Positions 13,197-23,972 of a stretch of 64,000 nucleotides of DNA are shown piece after piece. The position numbers were made by a program, and so were the translations under genes. Origin of the DNA: Eledone cirrhosa. Taxonomy: Eukaryota. A model generated the notes under the pieces. That model made no database searches, was not told the DNA's origin, and saw only the letters and a program-made list of their open reading frames with translations. The stretch lies in contig OZ024742.1 in the NCBI GenBank assembly GCA_964016885.1, positions 220,906,001 through 220,970,000 on the forward strand, given 5' to 3'. Position 1 is the first letter of the stretch; every line of letters starts with the position of its first letter.

Positions 13197-14830
13197 GGCT
13201 GTCAGAGTGTCGTCGTGTTCTTTTGGAGATCCGAAAAAGTGGTAAATTTTCAGTTTTGTTTTCATTTGTGATATTTGTTGCATTTTTTTTTAAAGGGTCG
13301 TAAGACTTCCATCTTTGCCCCGTGAAGGGGCGACGCTATAATAGTTGGGCCTTTTGGCCCAAATATTTATATTTAAACTTTGGGAGTTTTTAAATTTTTT
13401 ATTGAGGAAAAAAAAAACATGGCTGAGCCACGCCTCCTAACTGTAAGTCGCTGTCGTGTGACAGCGACTTAAACATTGAGATGAGGGATACAGCAAACAC
13501 AAACATATATACCACAAACACATTTAGCAACACCACTACAAACAACATGAACAATGAAAGCAATAACAACAGCAGTGAGAACAGTAACCTAAAAAAAATG
13601 ACAACACCAACCACAGCAGTAACAGCGACAACCAAAAGACAGACAACAGAAACAATGACAACAAAAACGACGAAATTAATAAAGTTAATGGCCACCTCCT
13701 GGAACCGTTTCAGATCTCCAGATTATTCGTCCAACAGCGTCGTTGGGCACTGCATGGACGGATTGGTAAGGTTGCTCGGGGTTTGGTTCGGACCAGACCG
13801 CTAGATGGATACAAATTGCGACGAGGTGACGATCATGGTAGCCAGTCTCCTCCAGAAATGGGCTGCAAGGAAGCTGTCACTGAAAGGTCGGGTGGAGGTG
13901 GCAAATGCGTACATCGCGTCCGTCATCTACTATCACTTGACTGTCGTTTGTGTACGGTCTCCTACTGTACACTTCGACTGAAATCGCGCCGGGTGGAATG
14001 GCCGACCGAGTCTCTGGCAAAAAGGGCTATGGGTGCAGTCTGGGCACAGAAAACTTACATAGCATGAGGATCGAAGTATGACACAGTGGATGTTCTCTTC
14101 CCTACACCAAAAGAAGCCTGATCACACTCCATTATGCCACTCTGCAGTGACGAAATGGTGATGGTGCTCACATACTACGACCAGAAAATCACGACGGTCC
14201 GAGTGACCGAGGTTCCGCCCTCAGTAGAGATCGTCGAAGTGTCAACAACAATCCTAGATGACATGCGTATAAGACAGGAAACTGGTCAGACTCGGGGATG
14301 GAGCTAATCATCCAATCAAACCATGCATAGAGGCCATCCCCAATGTGATCGACCTGGACAATGGCAGCCATCTACCCGTGACTGTCGAAGGTAGGCGCCC
14401 AGGTGTCACGGGTGCGGAGACAAAACACACCTTAAGGCCTTCTGGCCCAAACTCACCAAGGCGGCCATGCACTACCCACTTCTCCCTACGCCGTGCCCTG
14501 TGACTGGAGTGGCCAAACCATTCGAGGCCGCAGTGGCAGAAAAACTACCAGCAACACAACCAACGACAAAAACACCATCTCCTCCACCACTAACAGTGCC
14601 AACAAGACCAATGGAAAGCATACTCCTTCCTGATATCGCTAAATTGGACAGGGAATGTAAGGACACTGAAGGCTGGAAAACCATTGCAGCGAAAAAAATA
14701 AAAGAAAGAAAAAGCTCCCTAACTTCGCCCCCCCCCCCCCCCCCCGGAGGAAAATGAAAAAGTCAACGACCCCACCGCCATCACCAGCCACACCCCTACA
14801 ACCACCAACACATCACCACCACCGACACTG
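13197..14830 (+). mobile_element. Rearranged Tx1 fragment (5' UTR, ORF1 start, RT pieces, ORF1 middle)
   Basis: Begins after TTATTATTAATATT; ATG at 13419. RT-like KVNGHLLEPFQISR and LLGVWFGPD..KLSLKGRVEVANAYIAS at about 13680-13945. ORF1 CTVSY..MGAVWAQKTYIA and the knuckle CHGCGDKTHLKAF follow. Confidence 0.82.
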
Positions 14831-15144
14831 GAAGTTATGCTTTGTCGTATTTCTAAATCTATTATATCAATAAGAAGGCTTTTTTATGGAAGGAATTTTT
14901 TAAATCCTTACAACATCCAAACAATTGTTATTTGATCTCATCATAGCCATTTAAAAAATAAGTCATACTTTATTATTTTGAAAATTCTCTTCTTCCCACT
15001 TATCACGCATTATTGAAAAAGATTATGGGCGCTGCCACTTTCTCTCTGATTAAGCTATTAATATCCTAACAATAGGTGTGAAAATAGGTGCAGATAGATA
15101 TGATAGGTATGAAAATAGGTGCAACTCACTAGAATAATGAGCAG

Positions 15145-17616
15145 TCATCATCATCATGTTTGGTTTGGAGGGGCTTACTGACAGTAGGTTAACTTTGCAC
15201 GTAGGGAACGCGGGTCTTCTGTATTACAGCGTGACGCCAAAGATCTCGATCCAATGACATTGTCTTAGAGAGGTGCAAGTGTGCAAGGTCGGAATTTATC
15301 AAGTCGTCCCAGGTTTTTCTGGGTCTACCTACTCCGTAATTTCCATCAATTTTAATCGCCCTGCAATTTTTTATACAGCTGTCGTCTTTCATGCACATCA
15401 CATGACCATACCAACGTAATCTTCTCTCAAGTAAACAGCATCTGATCCCTCTAATTCCTAATTTCTCACTTAGTTCGTTTATGTTTAGCCGTTCGTGTAT
15501 ATTACTATTACACATCCAACGGAGCATGCATGCTTCGTTTCTTTCCAGTTTGCGCAGGTCCTCTGCACACAATGCCCATGTTTCACTGCCATACTGTTCG
15601 TATACAAGGATCATACAATCTGCCTTTCATTTTTAGAGAGAAACCTTTAGTGGCCAACAGCAGTATAAGCTCTCTGAACTTTTTCCATCCCGTTCTGACT
15701 CTGGCTACTGTACTTTCAGAGCACCCTCCACCACCGCTGATTTTGTCACCCAGGTGACGGAAAGTGTCCACTATTTCTATAGAACCATCTGGGCAATAGA
15801 AGGAACTAGTATCCTGTGGGCACTTGCTACTTATTGCACCTGAGCATCGGCCACATATAAAATCTACGTTCTTAGATAACTTGCCTGTGATCCCACTACA
15901 TATTTTATGTACCCATAGTTTGCATTTAGGACATAAAATGGAATTTCTACCTACTCCTTTCCTACACACTGAGCATGGCCATTTCCCAGAGGGTACCTGT
16001 GCCCTATTTTCCTTTCTACATACTAGAACTTTAGTCTTAGACAAGTTAACTTTAAGGCCTTTTCTAGTTCAGCCATCGATTCAGCTATGAGAGTTAGGTC
16101 ATCTGCGTATAGAAGTTCCCATAGGCAGCCGGTCTTAAACTCCTCTGTTATAGCCTGAAGGGCAATAATAAACTGGAGGGGGCTAAGAACGGAGCCCTGA
16201 TGAACACCAACTTTTATGCTAAATTCTTCACAATATTCATTGTTAATTCTAACCTTGCTGACTGTTTCTTTATACATAGCTTGTATAGCTCTCACAAGCC
16301 ATTCATCTACACCTAGTTTTCTAAAGGCCCACCAGATAATGGAGCGGACTACTCTGTCAAAGGCTTTCTCCAAGTCAACAAAAGCTAAGTAGAGGGGTTT
16401 ACTTTTAGCTAGGTACTTCCCTTGTAGTTGTCGTACAAGGAAAAGAGCATCTGTGGTACTTTTACCTGACATGAACCCAAACTGCATTTCATCTAGATCA
16501 ATTCGCTCTCTGATTAGTTGTGCTATAACTCTTTCTGTGACCTTCATCATCTGGTCAACTAACTTAATGCCTCTATAGTTTCCCCTATCTAGAGCATATC
16601 CTTTACCCTTGTAGCAGTTAATGATGATGCTGCTTCGCCAGTCATTTGGTATGACCCCATTCTGTATTACTTCGTTTACTATCCGGGTGACCATAATATG
16701 TCTCACCATTCCAGATGCCTTCAACATCTCTGCAACTATCTCCGAAGGCCCAGCTGCCTAGCCTGTCTTCATATCTTTGATTGCCTTACTTATTATACTG
16801 CCATCAACTTGCACTGCTGGTCCCTCTATTGGATCGATTTGGGACAGACTATCTTTTTCCCATTTATTCTCCCCATTTAGTAGTCTCTCGTAGTGTCACT
16901 GCCAAGCTAATTTCTTATCAACATCAGTGAGGGCAAGAACACATCATCATTACGGACACACTTCTCCCCGACAATATCATGGTTTTCCTTGACACATTGT
17001 CTTGCGATCCTGAACACTTCACGTTTTTGGTCCTCGCATTGCTTGAACTTTCTATCCTCTGCTTCCATTCTTACACTTGTCACCTAGCTTCGCTCCTAGC
17101 CATTTGATAGTGTTCTCTACGTCCCCCATCCTGCCATACTTTCCAAGCCTGCTTTTTGGCCTTGATTGTCTCCCCCACCTTACTGTTCCACCACCAAGAT
17201 ACTCTCCTCCTGCCTATAGTTCTGCTCCAGCCACATATTTCACCTTCAACAGGTTAACTTTCAAGATTTCCCACTGTTCCTCTATCTGGTACGTCTCTAA
17301 TTGCTCTTCCTTACTGTCAAAAGCATCAAGTAATATGCTTTGAAATTGTTTACTGGTTGTGGGGTTCTTCAACTTCCATATTCTTCTCCTCAAGGTAGTC
17401 CTCCTCTGTCGTCGAGTACGTCTAGTCCTGACTATGAGGTCACTAACTACTAGGCTATGTTGGGAGGTGCATTCTTCACAGGAGAGGAACTTAGTGTTTA
17501 CAACAGAAACTCTGTCACATCTTCTAGTAAAGATATAATCTATCTGGCTGGTGTGTTCCCCTGATCAATAGGTGATCAAGTGATTATTTCATTTTTCAAA
17601 GTTTGTGTTATAGATA
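15145..17616 (-). mobile_element. RTE-clade (BovB-like) LINE, degenerate, 3' part with (ATG)n tail
   Basis: NYRGIKL, AFVDLEKAFDRV, GVHQGSVLSP, LLYADDL, a Cys-rich WPCSVC..CPKC..WVHKIC insert and RLRWYGHV..GRPRKTW. Ends in TCATCATCATCAT on the + strand. Confidence 0.9.
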
Positions 17617-19755
17617 TGTTTCTTTATTAGCCACAGGGGCACAAAAGAAGGGGAAAATTACAAAGGGGGGAGTTTACATATAATAAAAACGTGTAAAATA
17701 TTACCACAAATGCAAATTAAAAGTTAATCGCTTTTCCCCAATAGGGGGAGACAGCTCATATGGGTAGCATATACCCCCGAAAAAAATGTGCAACCCTCAT
17801 CTCCAGGAGTACGAAGAGTTTGTACCCCTTTCCTCTCTTCCTCTTTTTCCCCAACCTACAGGCTGATATAGAGAGAAGGCCCATTCACTCGAGCCATTCT
17901 CGCCACTTTCACCCACCTTTCATAAAACTTGCTGGGGTACAGCACCTCTTTCTCCGTCCTGATTCTTCTTCCAAAGTGGTATTTGAAAAAAAGAATCAGT
18001 TGTTGGCCGGAGAGAAAGGTGTCTGACCCCAGCCCTTTTAACCTCGTCCACCATACAACCTCTTTCGCCATAGCTATCACACAAAGGAAAACCGCCTCTC
18101 CTTCGTTTTTGAAGGAGGGTGGCGGTTTGATCATGACAATGGACTCGGTGGTCAACCGGATTGGTCCTACCCGCGACAATAGTCGTTCTACATAGCCCCA
18201 CAAGTCGATAACGCCTGGGCAGTGTATGAATGCGTGCGCGACGGTTTCTTCGTCTCGCACGCATCTCGGACAGATCTTTTTCGAAGGGTCCCTGCCCAGG
18301 TGCCCATGTCTGTAGAGCTTGTCTCGAACTGGTAGAGCTCCTCAGTAGCACTGCCAGGCCAGGGACTTTTGGAAGTTGTCCATCGGTCCCGGGCGGAAGG
18401 TCCTACCAAACAGACTGGCCAGTTCGTCTTCCTCCACGCCTAGAGTTTCTCCGAGCGCGTCGTCGCACTTGCTGCGGATCAATCCTCTATAGAATGACGA
18501 AGTGGAGTCTCCACTGATCGCCGGGTCTGCTTGCCAGAGGGCTGTGAGCGCCTGAGCACATTCGATGTGCCAGTCGCCCATTTTCCTCGGTCTTTGCTTG
18601 ACCCAGGACTGCAGCTCAGTTAGCGAGACGAGTCGTGGGAAGGCTCGCTTCACGAACGAGGCCCACACCGGTTGTCCGGTGAGGAATACGTAGAGATGCC
18701 GCATCCTGAGCGCGTGTTTGCGCATCGTCAGCCACGGCATCCCCAGCCCTCCGTTGGAAGGGTGTTGGCAGCAGATGGATATTCTCACCAAAGGAGCCCG
18801 CTTCTTCCAAAGGAATTGGAAGAGCGCGCGCTCCATTTTGGTGAGCGTTTTGGCTGGACTAGGCACGACGGTCAAGCGGTAGTAGATGACGGATGCTATA
18901 AAAGTGTTCGCCACCTCCGCTCAACCTTTCAAGGATAGTTTGCACTCGGCCCACTTCTGGGTGAGTGCAAAAACCTTGGCCGTTACCTGTTCCAGTTCTT
19001 CTCCACCTGGAGGTCCGAACCAAACCAGACCCCGAGCAGCTTCACCGGTCCTTCCGTCCAGCGTCCGACGACGCCATCGGAAGGCATCGGTTTGCCTCTC
19101 CACGATCCGAGTTGCAAACCGATGGACTTGTCTCGGTTCAGCTTAGCTCCTGTGAACCTTTCGTATTCCTTCCTCGATTTGCGAGGTGCTCGACACCATT
19201 ACTGTCACGTCGTCGGCGTAGGCCGACGCCGCTTTCCGCTTTCCGCAGTCCCGGTTCTGCAATAGCTCCAACTCCCGCAGTAGTGGCTCGAGAATCAGTA
19301 CGTACAGAAGGGAGGAGAGAGGGCATCCATGTTGGATGGATCGCGTGATATGGAACAGCTCCGAGAGGTAGCCATTCACCTTGACCCTTGAGCAGATGTT
19401 GCTGTTGTGCATTGCAGCAATCCAGCCCCTGAACACGGGTCCGAAGCCTGCCGCCTCGAGCACCGCATCCAGGTAACGATGGTCAACCCTATCGAAAGCC
19501 TTAGACTGATCCAAGTTGATCAGGGCCCCACCGAAGCTGGGTTTACACCCTACCCTCTCTACGATGTATCGCATGAGGTGGAGGTTGTCGTGTATGGACC
19601 TGGTCAGGATTGCGCATGTCTGCGCTTCTCCCACCAGGTTTTCGATGACAAGCGCCAGCCTCTTTGCCAACACCTTGGCCAAAATCTGTAACTCTGTGTT
19701 TAGCAGAGTTATGGGGCAGAAGTTGCCTATGTCATCCCCCTTATTCTCGTCCTTC
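17617..19755 (-). mobile_element. Tx1-clade LINE, subfamily B copy 1, 5'-truncated, nested in the RTE
   Basis: RT and CCHC fragments close to the 24237-26987 ORF. 8-bp TSD TATAGATA at 17609-17616 and 19756-19763. The 3' end AATAAAGAAACA has no poly(A). Confidence 0.9.
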
Positions 19756-19998
19756 TATAGATAGTTAGGTTATTTGCGTCACAGATTCCAGGATTCTGAA
19801 GCCTTCCTCATTTCTAGTACCAAACCCATAGCCTCCATGGATTCCGTCATAGCCATCACAATGTTGTTCAACATGACCATTTAGGTCACCAGCAATAATT
19901 ATGCAGTCACTGTCAGTTATTTGGGAGGTAGTGAGCATTAGCAACTCATAGAACCTGTCTTTTATAACGTCAAGTAGGCCAGATTGGGGTGCATAAGC
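19756..19998 (-). mobile_element. Continuation of the RTE LINE (APE endonuclease fragment)
   Basis: Reads AYAPQSGL..IIAGDLNGHV..FGTRNEEG..LESCDANNLTI and joins NTNF..HLITY..SQIDYI on the other side of the Tx1-B1 insertion. Confidence 0.85.
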
Positions 19999-20825
19999 TT
20001 ATTCTATTCAGTTGACAAGACTTAGAAGTGATCAGTTCATAGAAATAGAGGAAATATATTAATGCTGATTACGAATCTCAGCAATATGTCTTGGGGCAAT
20101 TTGCATACTAAAGATACTAAAGATACAGTAGGGCTTCACATGAAATTATTCCTGCAGTCAATAAACAAAAGTAAGGGAGACTCTAATAGGAATTTTTGAT
20201 AAATAAAGATGGTGCATATACAAATGGATCTTGTCATTAAAGCCAACTTGTGAGATCAATGGTCGTGTTTCTGGCAAGTCTTAAATTCTTCAGTATACAT
20301 GAAAATAGATGAAATGTATTGACTCTGATTATAAATATCAACATAATGTCTGGAGGAGAGAGGTATAAGAGAAAGTTTAACATTTTAAACAAAGTAAGGT
20401 TTCACATTTTCCAGAAATTTTACAAAATTTTTAGCTAGTTTATTTTATTAGAATTAACCCCCCCCACCCCCACCCCTGCCTTATGCATTATGTTTTGTGA
20501 TCTTGATTTCTCCCAGTGTCTACCTACTTGCAGCATTAATAATCTCAATTAACAGTTTTTAATCCATTTGACGAATTTCCAATGTAGACACAAGATCAGA
20601 TAATTTGAAGGAAGAGCAAAGTAGATTAAATCAACCCCAGTACAAACTTGACTGGTACTATATTTGTCAACCCCAGAAGGATGAAATGCAAAGTTGAGGA
20701 AACTATGGTGGATAGGCCTGATTAAGCAGTTCTGTGGCTGCTGAAGATTCATAGATGATGATTTTGAAGGCTTACTGCATAAAAAGTATTTTGAATGGTT
20801 GCGACGTAAATAAAGTCCATTATTT

Positions 20826-21005
20826 TGGCAGTATCGGTAGAGGGTCGGACGCCATGCTTTCCAGCATAGTTACGTCCCTTTACGATCTGAGTTCAAATCC
20901 CGCCGAGGTTGACTTTGCCTTTCATCCTTACGGGGTCGATAAAATAAAGAACCAGTAATGCACTGGGTAATTGCTGGCCTTGTGCCTAAAGTAGAAACAA
21001 TTATT
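20826..21005 (+). mobile_element. tRNA-derived SINE copy
   Basis: Same A/B boxes, core and tail as 10027-10216. A minus-strand core fragment also lies at about 20620-20700. Confidence 0.88.
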
Positions 21006-21616
21006 TAAACATCACTATTACAAGAAATGATGTGTCAGTAGATTTAAGATTAGGATTTTAGTTTTAAAGTAGCTTAGATGCCACTGCTTACATTTGTATA
21101 TCTTTGGTAATCGTATAAAACAAGTTTTCTAGTCAAGTATTAAGGTATGGTTGAATAAATAACTGGTTAAAGTATTTATGGAGATAGTAAGTAGACTATT
21201 AACACGCATGGTGAAACAAGGATTCAATAGAAAAGTATTGAAATAGCGCTTTCATTGTGGTGCTGGTTTGAAACTCATGCAATAAGGAATTATTTGTATT
21301 CACATTTGCATTGGACCACACCTTCCATTTTTCATTAACTGAAAAGGTTAATCTTATTAATAGATTTTGTTATGTTAACAAAATTTATTTCTGAGAAATA
21401 TCATTGGGAGTGGTTGTAACTTACTTACTTATGAGGTGCCTGGGAAAATATTTAAGAGAAGACATAAAACAGAAAATGACTGTATTGGATGTATTGTTTT
21501 GTATGAGTTGAGTCCATAATGTGTGGGTGTGTATGATTGTGTGTGAGAGAGATACAGACAAAACAATCATAAAACTTCCTTGTTAGGCTGGTGGAGTAAC
21601 CTGCTGATGAAATGGT

Positions 21617-22095
21617 AGTGGATTGGCAGTATCGGTAGAGGGTCGGACGCCATGCTTTCCAGCATAGTTACGTCCCTTTACCATCTGAGTTCAAATCCCG
21701 CCGAGGTTGACTTTGCCTTTCATCCTTACGGGGTCGATAAAATAAAGTACCAGTAATGCACTGGTAATTGCTGGCCTTGTGCCTAAAATAGAAACAATTA
21801 TTTAAATCCCATTATTTAACCTTACGGGGTCGATAAAATAAAGTACCAGTAATGCACTGGGTAATTGCTGGCCTTGTGCCAAAAGTAGAAACAATTATTT
21901 AAAACGGTGGATTGGCAGTATCGGTAGAGGGTCGGACGCCATGCTTTCCAGCATAGTTACGTCCCTTTACGATCTGAGTTCAAATCCCGCCGAGGTTGGC
22001 TTTGCCTTTCATCCTTACGGGGTCGATAAAATAAAGTACCAGTAATGCACTGGGTAATTGCTGGCCTTGTGTCTAAAGTAGAAACAATTATTTAA
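21617..22095 (+). mobile_element. Tandem SINE cluster (full copy, 3' half copy, full copy)
   Basis: Copies at about 21617-21805, 21820-21903 and 21905-22095 are near-identical, each ending GAAACAATTATTTAAA. Confidence 0.88.
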
Positions 22096-23059
22096 ATCCG
22101 ATTGCCTTTTGACTTTTCAGGGTTATGGTTAGAGTTAGAGGTATATCAGATCCAGCTTTGAATGTTGTGTTCAAATACCATCTCCTACCAGGAGTTGTGA
22201 CCAACAGATAGCATCAGCATTACACACAAATATCCGAAGATGATGGAAATGACTAGAGAAGGAGAGTTAATGGTGGTCTGCTTATTTCAGAATGTCATCA
22301 CTGTTGAATCCATTTTAGCTTTCAGAATTTTGTATCTTATGCTTTGTGTCAACTTTATCCTTCAGCTTTATACTGAATATTATTATCTCACTTAATCCCC
22401 AAAGAAATTTACTTGAATCCTTATTATAACAATGAAATCTTTCTCCAGCCAATATATCGGTCCAGAGCGCAAGCAGAAGTTTGTGAATATCTAAAACCCC
22501 ACCCCACCCATATTCTACCATAAACAAAAAATCAACTTCCTTAAATTTAGAGATAAGCTACCCCACCACCAATATCCTGCCTTCCTGGAAACCCCAAAAC
22601 TGGGACGAATACAGGGGCATTTAATCTGACCTCTAGCATCGCAGTTACATACAATATGCCACATGCAATACAGAGCAGCATATAGAATATGAAAGACATG
22701 GTCTTCACAGCAGGGAATGAGTACAGCCAACTTTTAAAAAATGATCTCTCTCAAAATCTGTGAGACAGTTATCACAAGAAATACATTTGATGCTTCTTTA
22801 TAATAGCCAAGAAAATTAATAGCTGGTCTTAAACATAAAGTGAGTGTCCATCTGTGAAGTGAGCAGCTGCTGTGTCCATAAAATTTCCATAAATCCATGG
22901 AAAAAGTAAGCTTTTCTCTTTCATTTCTCTATTAGACTCACACAATTTTTTCTTTATCATTTTTTTATCAGAAACAAGTTTTTCCTTTTATGATATTAAT
23001 GCCAAAAAAGTTGAAAAGAAACAGTTTCTAGTTGTGTAGCACCAGATGCTGAACTATGG

Positions 23060-23250
23060 CACAAAGCTGGTCAAATCCTGCTGACGTCAACTTTACCTTT
23101 CATTCTTCCGGCAGTATAGAGGTGGTGGATTGGTGGAATTATGAGAGGTCGAATTAAATGCCCCTCTATTTATTGCAGCTCTCTGCACTCTGAGTTCAAA
23201 TCCGATGAAGGTCAACTTTGATTTTTGTCCTTTCAGAAATGCCTTGTGCT
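23060..23250 (+). mobile_element. Degenerate SINE copies
   Basis: GGTGGATTGG..TGAGTTCAAATCC..GTCAACTTTG and CTTTACCTTTCATTCTTCCGG remnants. Confidence 0.6.
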
Positions 23251-23279
23251 ATCTGTTCAGTCATTGTGTATTTTAGTAA

Positions 23280-23972
23280 GAGAAATAGAAAGACCAGTGT
23301 ATTCTGAAGAGAGATAGTAACAGAAATAGAAAGACCAGTGTATTCTGAAGAGAGATAGTAACAGAAATAGAAAGATCAGTGTATTCTGAAGAGAGATAGT
23401 AACAGAAATAGAAAGATCTGTGTGTTCTGAAGAGAGATAGTAACAGAAATAGAAAGACCAGTGTATTCTGAAGAGAGATAGTAACAGAAATAGAAAGATC
23501 TGTGTGTTCTGAAGAGAGATAGTAACAGAAATAGAAAGACCAGTGTATTCTGAAGAGAGATAGTAACAGAAATAGAAAGATCTGTGTGTTCTGAAGAGAG
23601 ATAGTAACAGAAATAGAAAGACCAGTGTATTCTGAAGAGAGATAGTAACAGAAATAGAAAGATCTGTGTGTTCTGAAGAGAGATAGTAACAGAAATAGAA
23701 AGATCTGTGTGTTCTGAAGAGAGATAGTAACAGAAACAGAAAGACTAGTGTGTTCTGAAGAGAGATAGTAACAGAAATAGAAAGACCAGTGTATTCTGAA
23801 GAGAGATAGTAACAGAAATAGAAAGATCTGTGTGTTCTGAAGAGAGATAGTAACAGAAATAGAAAGATCTGTGTGTTCTGAAGAGAGATAGTAACAGAAA
23901 CAGAAAGATCTGTGTGTTCTGAAGAGAGATAGTAACAGAAATAGAAAGATCTGTGTGTTCTGAAGAGAGATA
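23280..23972. repeat. 41-bp tandem satellite, left arm (about 17 units)
   Basis: Unit TTCTGAAGAGAGATAGTAACAGAAA(T/C)AGAAAGA(TCT/CCA/CTA)GTGT(G/A). Confidence 0.98.
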
